64,000 bases of DNA. Source: a virus. Positions 39,598 to 51,768 of this stretch are shown piece after piece. The stretch lies in IMG/VR virus record IMGVR_UViG_3300045988_113151, one strand, 5' to 3'. Below the pieces are notes generated by a model. That model worked only from the letters and a program-made list of their open reading frames with translations. It was not told where the DNA came from and did no database searches. Each line of letters opens with the position of its first letter. Position 1 is the first letter of the stretch. Position numbers and translations under genes: made by a program.

Positions 39598-39957
39598 ATG
39601 GAACGTGAAGCATTTAGATAGAGAATGCAACAGTATAAGTAGGCTAGGGAAAGCAATCCCTAGCTGAAGTACTGGGATTGGAAGAAGTATGCAGATGGTG
39701 GTACTATAGAAGAGGATCCTCCAACTACTAGCGAAAGACCTATTATAAATTTTGATCCTAAAGGAAATCCGTACGAAGCTAAATATGGTTATAATCCTGG
39801 AGCTGGATTTACTAGAGATCCGTTTAGTCTATATGATGCTCCTGTTATAGGTGACGCTTTAAGTATATATGATGCATCAGAGGCTTTAAAGAATAAAGAC
39901 TTGTTAGGTGCAAGTTTAGCAGCATTAGGAGTAGTGCCGTTTGTCCCTAGTAATTAA
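39598..39957 (+). CDS. hypothetical virion-module protein, TAG-recoded
   Basis: Hand translation with three in-frame TAGs in the first 22 codons; ends at TAA 39955. Confidence 0.45.
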
Positions 39958-40014
39958 AGAGCTAGAGCTATTGATAGTAGATATGGTACTAGTTATGAAG
40001 CTGTTTATAAAGGT

Positions 40015-40596
40015 ATGAATGAAAGGTATCAAGATCCTATGGAATATTTTATGTCTAGTTATGAACCAGTATTAGATGCTAATCTAAGTAGTAGTACTAA
40101 AGCTCAAGTAAGTAGTAATCCTAAGAATAGAGATATAAGATTCAGTAAAGGAGTTAATACTGGAGAATATAACATAGATACTGGATTAATTAGACACGAA
40201 ATAGGTCATAAAGTAGATATAGATGCTACTAGAGGAGCTGTCAATACTAATCCATTTATGTAGGATTTAGCTAAAGACATATTACCTTATGATCAAGCTA
40301 GATATATGTTACACGGAATAGAAAATCCTGTTGAATCATACAAGTACTTGACTACTCCTACAGAAATTAAAAGTCACATGAATCAATTTAGATAGTATCT
40401 GATTGATAATAAGATAATGAAACCTGGAGATAAAGTTGATGATGTTCCTAATTTCTTTATGCATTTATAGGCAGCTCCAGATGAATACAAAGGAATAAAA
40501 TTATTGCAAAATTTATTTAAGACTGATAGAGCCTTTAAGAAAAGGTTTGATTAGATACCGTTAACGAATATCAAAGATAACAGAGTAATAGCATGA
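40015..40596 (+). CDS. hypothetical protein with HEIGH zinc-peptidase-like motif, TAG-recoded
   Basis: LIRHEIGHKVD; the frame continues past TAG 40261 to TGA 40594. Confidence 0.5.
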
Positions 40597-40662
40597 TATT
40601 ATTAATGCTACATGCTGTAATAAAGGTAAAAAGAAGAAATAAATCTAATTAATATATTAATT

Positions 40663-41871
40663 ATGGAAAAAGAAAATAAGATTACTTTAGGTGGATTTGA
40701 CGCTATACTTGATAGCTTCATCCCTAATGTAAATAAAAATGTTGAAAATATCATTGCAGACGATTCTGTTGAAGAAGATGAATTAGATAATATTAAAAAG
40801 AATCAATTCGATCCTATTACAGATAATATAAAAAAACAAAAGGACAAGAAGGACGATAAGGCAGAAGATTCTAAAGACGATGTTGCTGATCCTGATGAAA
40901 CAGATGATAAGTTAGATATAAAATAGAAGTCTAACGATTCTAAAAAGAATAACAAAACTATAGATAAAGTAGATGAAAAAGATGAATTAGATGGTGACGT
41001 CGATGATGAATCTACTGAAGTAGATAGTAATGTAGTAAGTAACTTCTTTGACGCTATTGCTGAGAAATTAGGTTGGGATATTAATGAAGAGGATGAAGAT
41101 AGTAAACCTAAGGATGTAGACAGTCTTATTAAATATTTTCAAGATATTATAGAAGAAGAAAGCAAACCTACTTATGCTAGTGAGGAAGTAGAAGCACTTG
41201 ATAACTTCGTAAAACAAGGTGGAGATCTTAAACAATACTTACAGATAGATGCAGAGTTGGATCTAGATGATATTGATATGGAAGATGAGTCTAATCAAAA
41301 GTTAGTAGTAAAACAGTTCTTAAAAGAAAAAGGTATTAGTGCTAAACAAATAGAAAAGAAAATATCCAAGTATGAAGAAGCTGGTTTACTTGAAGATGAG
41401 GCTCAGGATGCATTAGAAAGTCTTAAGGAGATAAAGGAAGATAAAAAAGAACAGCTATTATTGGAACAGAAAAAACAATATGAGCGAATGGTTGCTAACC
41501 AACAGAAATTCTATAATAGCGTTGTCTCTGAAATAAAAGGCTTAAAAAATATACGTGGTATTACGGTCCCTGAAAAAGACAAAAAAGTATTAATAGATTA
41601 TATACTTAAGCCAGACACCGACGGTAAAACTAAGTACCAAAAGGACTATGCTAAAGGTGGTGTAAAGAACTTAATAGAATCAGCATACTTTACTATGAAT
41701 GCAGATAAACTATTAGAAGCTGCAAAAAAAGCTGGAAGTAACTCAGCTATTGATAAGTTTAAAAATAGTTTAAAAACAACATCTGTAAATACTCGATCTA
41801 AACAAATATCAAAGAGTAATGATGATGAGCCTATTTGGTCAAATATTGCACGAAAACTGCGTATATCATAA
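40663..41871 (+). CDS. acidic coiled-coil protein, scaffold candidate
   Basis: Track ORFs 40663 and 41257 share a frame joined across TAG 40924. Very D/E/K-rich. Located directly upstream of the MCP gene. Confidence 0.5.
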
Positions 41872-41909
41872 TAAATTAATAACAAATAAAATTAAATTAC
41901 TAGTATTTT

Positions 41910-43379
41910 ATGGATAACAATATTTTGAACTCGTTGGTCCTTTATAAAGGAAAATGGTTTAGCGATTTGATTGATACTAATAAAATCAGTCTCGCTTCTC
42001 AGCAAAGACCTTACGAGGTATCTACTATCCTGTCATACGTATTTGGTACTAAAGATAATGGTTACAGTACTTCTCTGGATATGTTGACAGGAGGTCTTGG
42101 TAACGTAATGACTATTGACAAACCGTCATTTGAATGGGGCGTAATGATTGATCAGGACAGAGCCGTTACAATTCGTGATGCAAAATGGAATGGAACTACT
42201 ATTTCTGAAGATTCTACTCCTGGTCTTGGTAATACCCCTATCACACTGTGGTTAGAAGATAGCTGGTTTGGACCTGGTGCTACAGTAGAACTTGATGACA
42301 AGAGTCAGTTGCGTTTCGCTGATGCTCCTTATCAGGATGGTAACTTATTCGTTTATACAGGTTTCATTGCTAATGGTAACCCTGCTTCTTACATTAATCC
42401 TCGTTATTTGCAAGCTGGTTGTCAAGTATCTCGTTTGGCATCTGCTTATGAAGAATACAGTGAAGAGGCTGATATCCTGAACTACAATACTCACTTCAAG
42501 ATGCGTAACTATTTGACTACAGTTCGTTTGTCTTATGATATTACAGGTTCTGCATACTCTGAAGTAATGGCCATTGCTTTGAGAGATCCTAAATCAGGTA
42601 AGACTTCTTACTTATGGTCAACTTTCCAGGAATGGGTAGCTATGCGTGAATGGTATAAGCGTCTCGAAAGAGCTTTGGTATATAATCAGAACAACGTAAA
42701 TAAGGATGGTTCTTGTAACTTGAAAGGTAAGAACGGTCGCCCTGTATTTATTGGTGCTGGTTTGTTGGAACAGATTGCTCCGTCTAACAGACGTTATTAC
42801 ACTCGTTTGACAGCAGAATTACTGGAAGACTTCTTGTCAGATTTGTCTTACAATGTACTTGGTACTAACGAACGTAAATTCATCGGTTTGACTGGTGAAA
42901 TGGGTCTTCGTGAATTTGACCGTGTACTGAAAGAAAAGATGGCTAACTTGAACATGATTGATACTGTATTTGTATCTGGTTCTGGTGAAAACTTGAAATT
43001 TGGTGGTCAGTTCAAAACTTATGCTATGAGCAACGGTATTGAACTTACTTTGAAGTACTTCCCGTTGTATGACGATTTGACTCACAACCGTCAGTTGCAT
43101 CCTGTAACATTGAAACCGCTGGAATCTTACCGTATTACTTTCTTGGATCTTGGTCGTCGTGACGGTGAAGCTAACGTAGTTAAAGTAGTTCGTAAAGATC
43201 GTGAATTCGTTAGCTGGTGTACTGCTGGTTCTGTAACTCCTGCTGGTTACGCTCACTCTAATACTGAAGTTCGTTCTAACGCTAAGGACGGTTATGCAGT
43301 ACATTTCTTGGGTGAATGCGGTATTATGTTGAAAGATCCTCGGGCGTGTGGGGAATTGATAATGGATTCACAAGATTGA
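41910..43379 (+). CDS. major capsid protein candidate
   Basis: 489-aa uninterrupted ORF after the scaffold-like gene. Marked shift to higher G+C and CGT/GGT/CTG-type codons, suggesting high expression. No TAG codon. Confidence 0.65.
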   Translation: MDNNILNSLVLYKGKWFSDLIDTNKISLASQQRPYEVSTILSYVFGTKDNGYSTSLDMLTGGLGNVMTIDKPSFEWGVMIDQDRAVTIRDAKWNGTTISEDSTPGLGNTPITLWLEDSWFGPGATVELDDKSQLRFADAPYQDGNLFVYTGFIANGNPASYINPRYLQAGCQVSRLASAYEEYSEEADILNYNTHFKMRNYLTTVRLSYDITGSAYSEVMAIALRDPKSGKTSYLWSTFQEWVAMREWYKRLERALVYNQNNVNKDGSCNLKGKNGRPVFIGAGLLEQIAPSNRRYYTRLTAELLEDFLSDLSYNVLGTNERKFIGLTGEMGLREFDRVLKEKMANLNMIDTVFVSGSGENLKFGGQFKTYAMSNGIELTLKYFPLYDDLTHNRQLHPVTLKPLESYRITFLDLGRRDGEANVVKVVRKDREFVSWCTAGSVTPAGYAHSNTEVRSNAKDGYAVHFLGECGIMLKDPRACGELIMDSQD

Positions 43380-43461
43380 TCAGCTATTATAATAAGTTAA
43401 ATTTGTAACCTAATTATGTTTCCTGCGTTATGAGAATATAAACTTAAAAAAATTATATTCT

Positions 43462-44124
43462 ATGAAAAGTAATGAAGTATACAAAATAACAAATAAAGTA
43501 ACTGGGAAAATATATATAGGCATAACAAATCAGGGCTCTGGTGCGAGATATAGACATCACTGGTATGAGTCTCGCATCGGAGAACCTTCTCCAATTCATA
43601 AGTCAATGGCTAAATATGGTGAAGAAAATTTCACTTTAGAAGTTATAGATTTCGCTGAAACTTATGAAGAGTTAAAAGAAAAAGAAAAACTTTGGATTAA
43701 AAAATTTAATTCTAACGATCGCAAAATTGGATACAATCTTACAGAAGGAGGAGATGGAACATTTGGAAGAATGCATTCTGATGAAACTAAAGAAAAAATC
43801 CGTCAAAAAGCTATTGGTAGGAAACTATCAGAAGAAACTAAAAAGAAAATGTCTGAAATACGAACTGGTAAATGCTCAGATAAACAAAAGGAACATTTAA
43901 AAAGAATATCAGTTCAGAATAGGGCGATTCCAGTATTACAGTTCTCTAAGACTGGAGAATTTATAGCTAAATACGAATCTATATCAGAAGCTGCGAGACA
44001 AACTGGAATAAACAGTGATACAATTGAGCGTCAATTGAAAAAACCTCTAAAGAATCCTAACGATTGGAGAATTAAATTTATATGGAAATCTGAAAGAACA
44101 GAAGATGCAGCAAATGCTGCTTAA
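43462..44124 (+). CDS. GIY-YIG homing endonuclease
   Basis: VYKITNKVTGKIYIGIT...YRHHWYES...GYN motif set, plus repeated NUMOD/IENR-like helices (ETKEKIRQKAIG, ETKKKMSEIRTG). Confidence 0.8.
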   Translation: MKSNEVYKITNKVTGKIYIGITNQGSGARYRHHWYESRIGEPSPIHKSMAKYGEENFTLEVIDFAETYEELKEKEKLWIKKFNSNDRKIGYNLTEGGDGTFGRMHSDETKEKIRQKAIGRKLSEETKKKMSEIRTGKCSDKQKEHLKRISVQNRAIPVLQFSKTGEFIAKYESISEAARQTGINSDTIERQLKKPLKNPNDWRIKFIWKSERTEDAANAA

Positions 44125-44148
44125 CTTGAATACTCTAATTATATAATT

Positions 44149-44901
44149 ATGGAAGTAATCGTTAAATTAACAAAAATAAATCCTTGGACGGGATTAATAA
44201 AATGGTCCAACTGTTTTGATTATGTAAGTACTTACTGGACTAGATCAGGTAGTAGATATACTGGTTTAACTACAGAGAAAGCCAGAGAGTTAGAATAGAA
44301 AATGGGTAAGGCAGAAGGTGAACTAGACCCAGGTAGTACATTTTGGGATACATTTGCAATCAAAATTGGTAAGAGAGAACTAGTTATTAATACAGATAGA
44401 CCAGAAGGAGAATTACAATATTTATTCTTATTGAAGCATAAGAGAGTAGCTAACGGATTAGATAAAGTAACTCCTGCTACTGATTATGTACTAATTAATA
44501 AAGAAGCTGAAGCCGAACAAGCTAATAAGATTAATAAGATTAAACGTGACGCTTATAGAGCATTGGATAAGATGAGTCTTGAAGATATGCGTAAATGTCT
44601 TAGACTGTTTGGTATTAAAGCTGATACAATGTCTAATGAATTAGTTGAAGCTAGACTTACTGAAAATATTGAAAGAGATCCAGCTAAATTTATTAGAATT
44701 TGGGTAGAAAACCCTAACAAAGAAATTAACTTCATTATTGAAGAAGCATTAAGTAAGAACATTATTCGTAAGAATAGATCTGCATATTACTTTGGTACAG
44801 ATCTAATAGGCAACGGTCTTGAAGACGTAATTGCATATTTGAAGGACAAAAAGAATCAAGACTTGTACTTGAGTATAATTGGAGAGATAAAATCTAAATA
44901 A
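44149..44901 (+). CDS. hypothetical head-module protein, TAG-recoded
   Basis: ATG 44149 is in frame with track ORF 44302 across TAG 44296. Confidence 0.5.
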
Positions 44902-44903
44902 TA

Positions 44904-45581
44904 ATGACACGATCTGAATTTCACTCATACTTTAAGATAGCAATGGACAAGAACTCCTAGAGTGTAGCTTTTGGAGGATGTCCATCTTTCTTACCATAGG
45001 AAATAGACTATTGGTTAAATCAAGGTTTATATCAAGAAGTGAGTAATAAATTCACAGGTAACAATTCTCTATAGACCCCATTTGAAAAGTCAGTTAAACG
45101 AGTGCATGATTTAGAAAAGTTAGTTAAAACAGATAGCGGGTTAGTTGCATCGAAAGTATCAGATTCAAATCAATGCAAGTTAGAAAACTTATTTGGAGGT
45201 TAGAGAATGTTCTTTGTGGATGCTACTTTAAACTACAATAATAAGAAAGCTGATATTAAGCTTATTGACCACGATAGTGCTAAACGTTTTAAGAAGACTT
45301 ACAATAATAATCCTTGGATTGAAGAGCCAGTAGGCGTTATCCAAGATAATACATTGATAGTTTATATAGATGATCTATCTATGGATAGTACATCTTACTC
45401 AATAGATCTTACTTACGTAAAAACTCCTACTAAGATAGAGAATTTACCAGCTAGTGGCATGAGTGAAATACCAGAATATATGTAGTTTGAAGTTATTAAT
45501 AGAGCTGTAGAATTAGCTCTTGAAGACATAGAATCTAAAAGAGTTCAAACTAAATCACAGCTTAATCAAATTGATGAATAA
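44904..45581 (+). CDS. hypothetical head/neck protein, TAG-recoded
   Basis: ATG 44904 is in frame with track ORF 45207; it continues past TAG 45483 to TAA 45579. Confidence 0.5.
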
Positions 45582-45583
45582 TT

Positions 45584-46306
45584 ATGACAGAAAGATAGAT
45601 GCAAATAGAAGTAGAACGTAGACTACAACTAATGGACCCAAGTCTAGTAGTAGAGAACAAATTAAGTTCCGATACTATTATAGCATTCATCAATGAAGCA
45701 ATAGATAAATACTATAAGACTAGATATTCTGGAATAAATTTTAAACAGTAGGGATTTGAACAGACTCAAAAACGTATAGACGATCTACGTACTTTAGTAA
45801 AATCTAAAGTATTCTCTAACGAGATCAATGAGTAGGACAATACTTATACTGTTACACTACCTTCTGATTATGTATTATTACTTGGTGATACTGCTGGTAT
45901 AACTCCTAAAGGCATCAATGATTGCTGGGAGAAAGACAATAAAGGAGATTATAAAGTAAAATATACAGATACATTAGAATCTACTATTGAAACTATAGAT
46001 AGGCAATTGAGTAATACTTTATCAGAACATAAATTAAAATACTGTTCAGCTAGACCTTTAAAACTAATCCATGATAATAGTATAACTTTATATACAGATG
46101 GTAATTATAAAGTAAGTAATTATAAGATAACTTACTTATCTAAACCTGCTAAGATAAATGCAAGTAATATTACTAATACTGAATATACTAGTTTACCTGA
46201 ACATACTCACTTAGAAATAGTAAAGATAGCTATACAGTTATACTTAGCTACCAAGCCTATGTAGAATTACTCGGTATACTCCAACGAGGTTAATCAAATG
46301 GAGTAA
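45584..46306 (+). CDS. hypothetical head/neck protein, TAG-recoded
   Basis: ATG 45584 is in frame with track ORF 46007; it continues past TAG 46262 to TAA 46304. Confidence 0.5.
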
Positions 46307-46405
46307 ATAAATTAATGCGCTTGTTGACGTGGAAATCTGCAATAAGGAAAGTAGAAGACAAGCAGACTAGCGCTAAGTCTAATAATTAATTATTTTTATA
46401 GATAT

Positions 46406-47386
46406 ATGATAACTAGAGTTGACACCGTACTTATCGGTAAAAATTGTCCAGGATCTTACACTAATATTGATTCCTTGGCTGCTGGTGATGTTGCTTTATT
46501 TGATAAAAATAAGGTATTGATCAAATCTGCTGCTGAAGCAGTTAAAGCTTCTGCTGTATACATTGGTGTATGTGATAAGAAAGTAAACATCACACTTCCT
46601 AATGGTAATCCAGCTTCAAAAAATATTTTTGAATATTCAAACATTATTCAGAAAGCATCTAAACCTTCATACGTAATTGGTAAATACGAAGCTCCTGCTT
46701 AGGAAAAGATTGAAATTGATTTTACTAATGCTTCTGTTGTTATTGGTCACAGATACGTTCTTCGTATTGTTTACAAGGATGTTTATGAAGCTCCAGGTCA
46801 GTTCACTCATACTTATGAAGCTATTGCAACATCTGAAACTGCTGACGATCTTGGTAATGCATTGCTGAAGAAGATCAATGCTCACGCTAATCGTCGTATC
46901 ACAGCATCTTTCTCAGCACATAAACTTACTTTAACAGCTATGGAAAAAGATGACAATGAAGGAGTAAACTCATTGAATGAATATTCAATTGTATCCATGT
47001 CTGCTTCTTTATATGTTACTATCCCTGGTGCTTTGTTATCTAATGTACCTGAATCAGTACCTGGTGTTGTTATTAAAGACATTGAAGGCAAACCTGGTAA
47101 AGGTTACTGGAAACAAGTTCGTGATGCTGAAGTACGTATGATGGGTTATAAAGGTATCGTAATGACAGGTGCTTATCCTGCTGTTGAATAGGATAGAAAA
47201 GTATCTGAAGGTACTACATACGATTACGTTACTATTGAAAACGATAACTTGTATTTGAGTCCCGATAACCAGTACATCAAAACTACTCCGCTTACTACCG
47301 AATTGTATGTAGAAGCTGGTAGCTTGAGTGATTCTGTATTTGCTAAAGCTTTGAAGTCATTTGTTACTGGTGTTGTTGCTGAGTAA
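46406..47386 (+). CDS. abundant structural protein candidate (auxiliary capsid or decoration)
   Basis: Track ORFs 46406 and 46862 are joined across TAG 46700, and the frame continues past TAG 47189 to TAA 47384. MCP-like codon bias. Followed by a strong terminator. Confidence 0.5.
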
Positions 47387-47423
47387 TTTAACAACAAAAT
47401 AACGGTTTCTTTATTTAAAACCT

Positions 47424-47459
47424 GGCGAGGTTGAGGTTTATCCTCGGCTTCGCCTTTTT
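47424..47459 (+). terminator. Rho-independent terminator
   Basis: 13-bp stem GGCGAGGTTGAGG/CCTCGGCTTCGCC (three G.U pairs), loop TTTAT, then TTTTT. Confidence 0.75.
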
Positions 47460-47471
47460 AATTTTATAGAT

Positions 47472-48005
47472 ATGAAAATAATTAATGCTGTATTAAAAGA
47501 TAACAATCTTACTATAACTTTAGATGCTAATGCTAATGTTAGTAAGGTGTACTTAGATTCTGTATTGAATCAAAACAATATGTACTCTGATGAAGATACT
47601 AAACACACACATACTATAACTGACATAGCTATAGAGGATAATGAAATTATTGTTGACGTTAGTGAGTATGAAGAAACTTCTTTTATTGTGAGCGTTTTAA
47701 CTACAAACGGAGATAGAGACGAAATCATAGCAATAGACCAACAAGAGTTGTACTTAGCTAAGGTAAATCTATTGAATGCTTACTGTAGCACATGCTTAGA
47801 TAAACATCAAAAACATGTTATAACGATGTGTGATTTTAAATCACAATTATTAAACTATGCTTTAGATAATAATCTTACTGAAGATGCTATAAGTCATTAT
47901 ATTGATTTAAGTAGATTATTAGGCATGCACAGTTGTCATAATTGCAGTAAGTGTACTAATAATAGAATATGTAATAAATGTTGTAATGGAATGTGTGCGT
48001 TATGA
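47472..48005 (+). CDS. hypothetical protein with Cys-rich C-terminus
   Basis: ORF track; CHNCSKCTNNRICNKCCNGMC. Confidence 0.5.
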   Translation: MKIINAVLKDNNLTITLDANANVSKVYLDSVLNQNNMYSDEDTKHTHTITDIAIEDNEIIVDVSEYEETSFIVSVLTTNGDRDEIIAIDQQELYLAKVNLLNAYCSTCLDKHQKHVITMCDFKSQLLNYALDNNLTEDAISHYIDLSRLLGMHSCHNCSKCTNNRICNKCCNGMCAL

Positions 48006-48541
48006 TAAAAGGAGAATATAAAACTGCATGTAGGCTAAAAGAATAGACTAAGTATAATATTGACTATGATAGCTGTCAAATACTTAATTTAACTTGTGCT
48101 AATTACATATATGATTTAATTTAGCAGTCTACTAAATATGAAATAAGTTTAGAATCTATAAAGAAAATGTTAGCTATGATATATGAACTACTAGGTCATG
48201 AAATAAAATATACTATTCCGCAATATATTGGAGATAAAAAGGAGTGCTATTATGGAGTTGTAGCTAATGACTTTGTAACAGATTCTGAGAATATAAAACA
48301 ATTAAGTAGTGTATTTCAAAGTTCTAATAATTTTACTGATATTTTTAGTACCAACTATCAAAAAATACTATATGCATACCCTAGTGAGTTTGGGGATATT
48401 AGTAGTATTAAAGATTAGAATCAATTTGAAATAAGAGAGTCATTTGAAAAGAAAACAGTAATCATAGATAATATACAATACAATGTGTATATATTAAAAG
48501 ATGCGAGTTCTGTTGATAATTATAAAATATATTTTGTATGA
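48002..48541 (+). CDS. hypothetical tail-module protein, TAG-recoded
   Basis: ATG 48002 (ATGA overlap) is in frame with track ORF 48167; it continues past TAG 48416 to TGA 48539. Confidence 0.45.
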
Positions 48542-51500
48542 TACAAGTAGCTGATAATTTTAATTATAAAAGTATGAAAGACTACTCGGATAATAATATA
48601 GATGAAGGTCATATATCATATTGCATAGAAACTGATAAACATTATAAGTTCAATTCAAATAACGATATAGATTCTACTACTGGTAAGTTTAGAGAGTTTA
48701 TAGAAGGAGTATTACCTGATGAAGAAGATATAACATCAAACAACGATGATAAGTTAAAGTTTGCAGATAGAAAGTACAATCCTGAGAAGTTTAGCGGTAA
48801 AGGCTACAAAATACTTAGAAAGAACATACAAGATGGTAAGAACATACTATCACAAAGTATGATAAACCAACAGAATACTGTATATGAAATTAGATATGAT
48901 TATGATCTGGATAACTAGGAAATTACTATACCTGAAGGTAGTACTTTGAAGTTTGAAGGTGGTAGTTTAAGTAATGGTACATTAATAAATTGTAGTAGTA
49001 TAGACGGAAATAAAGTTTTCAGAAACATTAAGCTAGACAATAGTGTAAATGTAGATAATCTTTCAGATTCTATTTTCGGAAATGACTATATAATAGTCAA
49101 TAACGAATTAGAGTTACAGTAGGCTATACAACATTTTAATGAAAGTAATTTGAATATTACTATATATATAAGAAATAATATATATAGCAGTGGATTAAAT
49201 ATAACAAATAAGATAAATACTTTAAAGATAATTGGAGGTAAAATTATATACTCTAAGTAGATTATAAATATAACTAAACAAAATTCAGAAACTCCTACAC
49301 ATTATATAGTAAAATTATCTTCAGATTATAGCATAATGGATCAATTTCAAAGCGACAATAAACTTTTATATTGTGGTGAAAATGATACATACATGTTAAA
49401 TGACAAGATGAAAGCTTATAATATAAGTTCTAACATAGAAATTGATAATTTATACGAGTCTGTTACTAATGAAGATGTATATATAAGAGCTAAAATAGAT
49501 AATGATCTTTATACAAAATTAGGTGATTTAGATGTTGAAGATTGCAGAAACTTAATATTTACATATACATCAGCTTGGGTAAATTTTTATGTTAATGTGC
49601 ACCATATATCTGAGGGATATCTATATTTTAAAAATATTATAAATGACTCAGATGTTTATAATATGTATATTAATGGAGACTGGTCACACAATACTAAAGC
49701 TAGATATAAAATATTAAACTCTATCAAACTATTGACTTCTGATACAATTTGTGTAGATAAGAATAATAATTTGTATATACCTAAATATATAACTAATGTT
49801 TATTACACAGATAAAGGAAGTTATATTATAAACGGCTCATCTAATCTAGAAATATATAATTGTGAATTTTTTGGTGGTGATATCCAAATAAACAATAGCA
49901 ATAATTTAACAGTGGAATCATGTACATTTAGTAATTGCTATTAGAGTATTGTTATACCAGCTAACTCCTCAAATAAAATTAGTATACAAAATAGTAACTT
50001 CACAGATATTTACAAAGAAGGCATTTTTGTAAGCAACGGCAATGACAATTGCAATATTATTAATAATTACTTTAAAAATACAGGAATTATAATATATAAT
50101 GATGGCGCTAGTATAAATGTTAATTCTGATAATTGTTATATATATAATAATAAAATAGTTAATACATATACTGGTATTAGAGTAGGTAATACTAGGTCAT
50201 TTTCATCTTATAATATAAGTGCGGGTATATATCATAATGAAATAATAATAGAAGAAGATTTTATAAATGGTAATAACAGTCTCAATGACTTAGGCGTTAT
50301 TTATATTTTTACCCATCAAAATGGACATAATCCTTTAGGAGATGGAACAATAGTCAAAGAAAATATTATAATAAACAAATCTTCTTCAAATAATGCAAAT
50401 GGCATATATTTTGATGATGGAGCTTATAATTCTTCTGCTATAGGCAATTATATTAAGGGGTTCTCTATAGGTCTAACTTCTAGAACTGTAGAAAGTACCT
50501 CTACTCCAAACAATAACCTAAATAAGAATAATAAATTTGAATACAATATTATTATAGAAGGTATAATAGTTATAGGTGGTAGAACTGATAAAATTAATTT
50601 ACCTGTAGTATATTCTAATATTATTTTTACTAAAACCAAATTAATTAATATTTTTACTAACTTAAACGAATAGAACAATAGCGTTCTTCTATGTAATTAT
50701 TATAGATTAAATGGTGATACTATATATGTTCCTAAATCTTTAATAAGTTACTTATGTAGTTATATTGGATTAAGCTCTTTTATTTCTAAGAAATTATTAG
50801 ATATTAGAGCAGATAGAGAAGCTGGTTATTTAACTAAAGTAGAGCTTCCAGTTGATTGCGAATTCCAATATCTAAACGATTCTAGTATTAGTTATAAATA
50901 TGTTGTAACACGATTCAAATTATCTTATGAAGATTCTAAAAGTACCACAATATATAAATTAAGTATTAATAGTGACGTATTCAATCTTGCTGGTGAAGTA
51001 AGAACTAGATATATTTCAGATAGATGGTATGTAGATTTTGTTCCTGTTAGTATATCTACTTTTATAAATTTAATAGAATATAAAATAGATAATACGTATT
51101 TATATATTAGATTTAGCGCTAATACTGAACTTTTAAATAGTGCTTTTTCCAGTGAATTATATTCAAAAATATGGAATTAGTTATTGTTTGGCTATTGTAC
51201 AGCTATGAAACCCACTTCTACTTTATAGGGTAAAAGTGATGACAGTACTGATATATCTTATATTCAATCTTATTGTTTTCAGCAAGAGGCTCTTTATATG
51301 AAAGCATATTATGAGAATGAAGACGATGGCGAATGGAAATCTCTATTCAACTCATCTTATTATTTCTCTAGAAATAATAATAATATATTTATTGAAGGCA
51401 AAGATAAAGCTAAATTGTTATTATTTTCTTATAGTACAGCTGCAAATCCAGATGTAGTATATCAATTTGCTAGCAAAGATTTAGGCATTAGGAAAAACAT

Positions 51501-51747
51501 ATCTAAATTTTATTTTAAAGATAATAATTCTTTAAAATATTATAATGACGGTACTGTATATAATATAAACGGTGATATAGATAATACTAGAGGCACTTTT
51601 GCTTAGAAACCAACTTAGGGTATACAAACAGGTTTTGCTTACTTCTGTACTGATAAGCAGACAACTGAAGGTTCTAGAGATGGTATTATGATTTATTATG
51701 CTGGAGATAACACTTGGGTAGATGCTCTTGGTAGAATAGTTAGTTAA
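48538..51747 (+). CDS. tailspike-like protein with right-handed beta-helix repeats, TAG-recoded (1069 codons)
   Basis: Track ORFs 48538, 49336 and 51298 share one frame, with only TAG between them. The central region has periodic N/G/I repeats (NNYFKNTGIIIYNDGA, NGIYFDDGAYNSSAIGNYIKG) typical of pectate-lyase-fold depolymerases. The C-terminal ...YYAGDNTWVDALG resembles phage fibre tips. Confidence 0.55.
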
Positions 51748-51768
51748 CAAACTAAATAAGATATTAAT

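Noticed and set aside
39955-40014. Possible TAA read-through joining 39598..39957 and 40015..40596, which share a reading frame.
   Set aside because: Adjacent genes share a frame one time in three by chance. TAA is the normal terminator of the verified long genes here, and a good ATG exists at 40015. No evidence beyond the shared frame.
43345-44148. GIY-YIG ORF as part of a group I intron interrupting the MCP gene.
   Set aside because: The MCP ORF is already full length (489 aa) and ends at TGA. The next gene starts 25 nt after the endonuclease stop, leaving no room for a second MCP exon.
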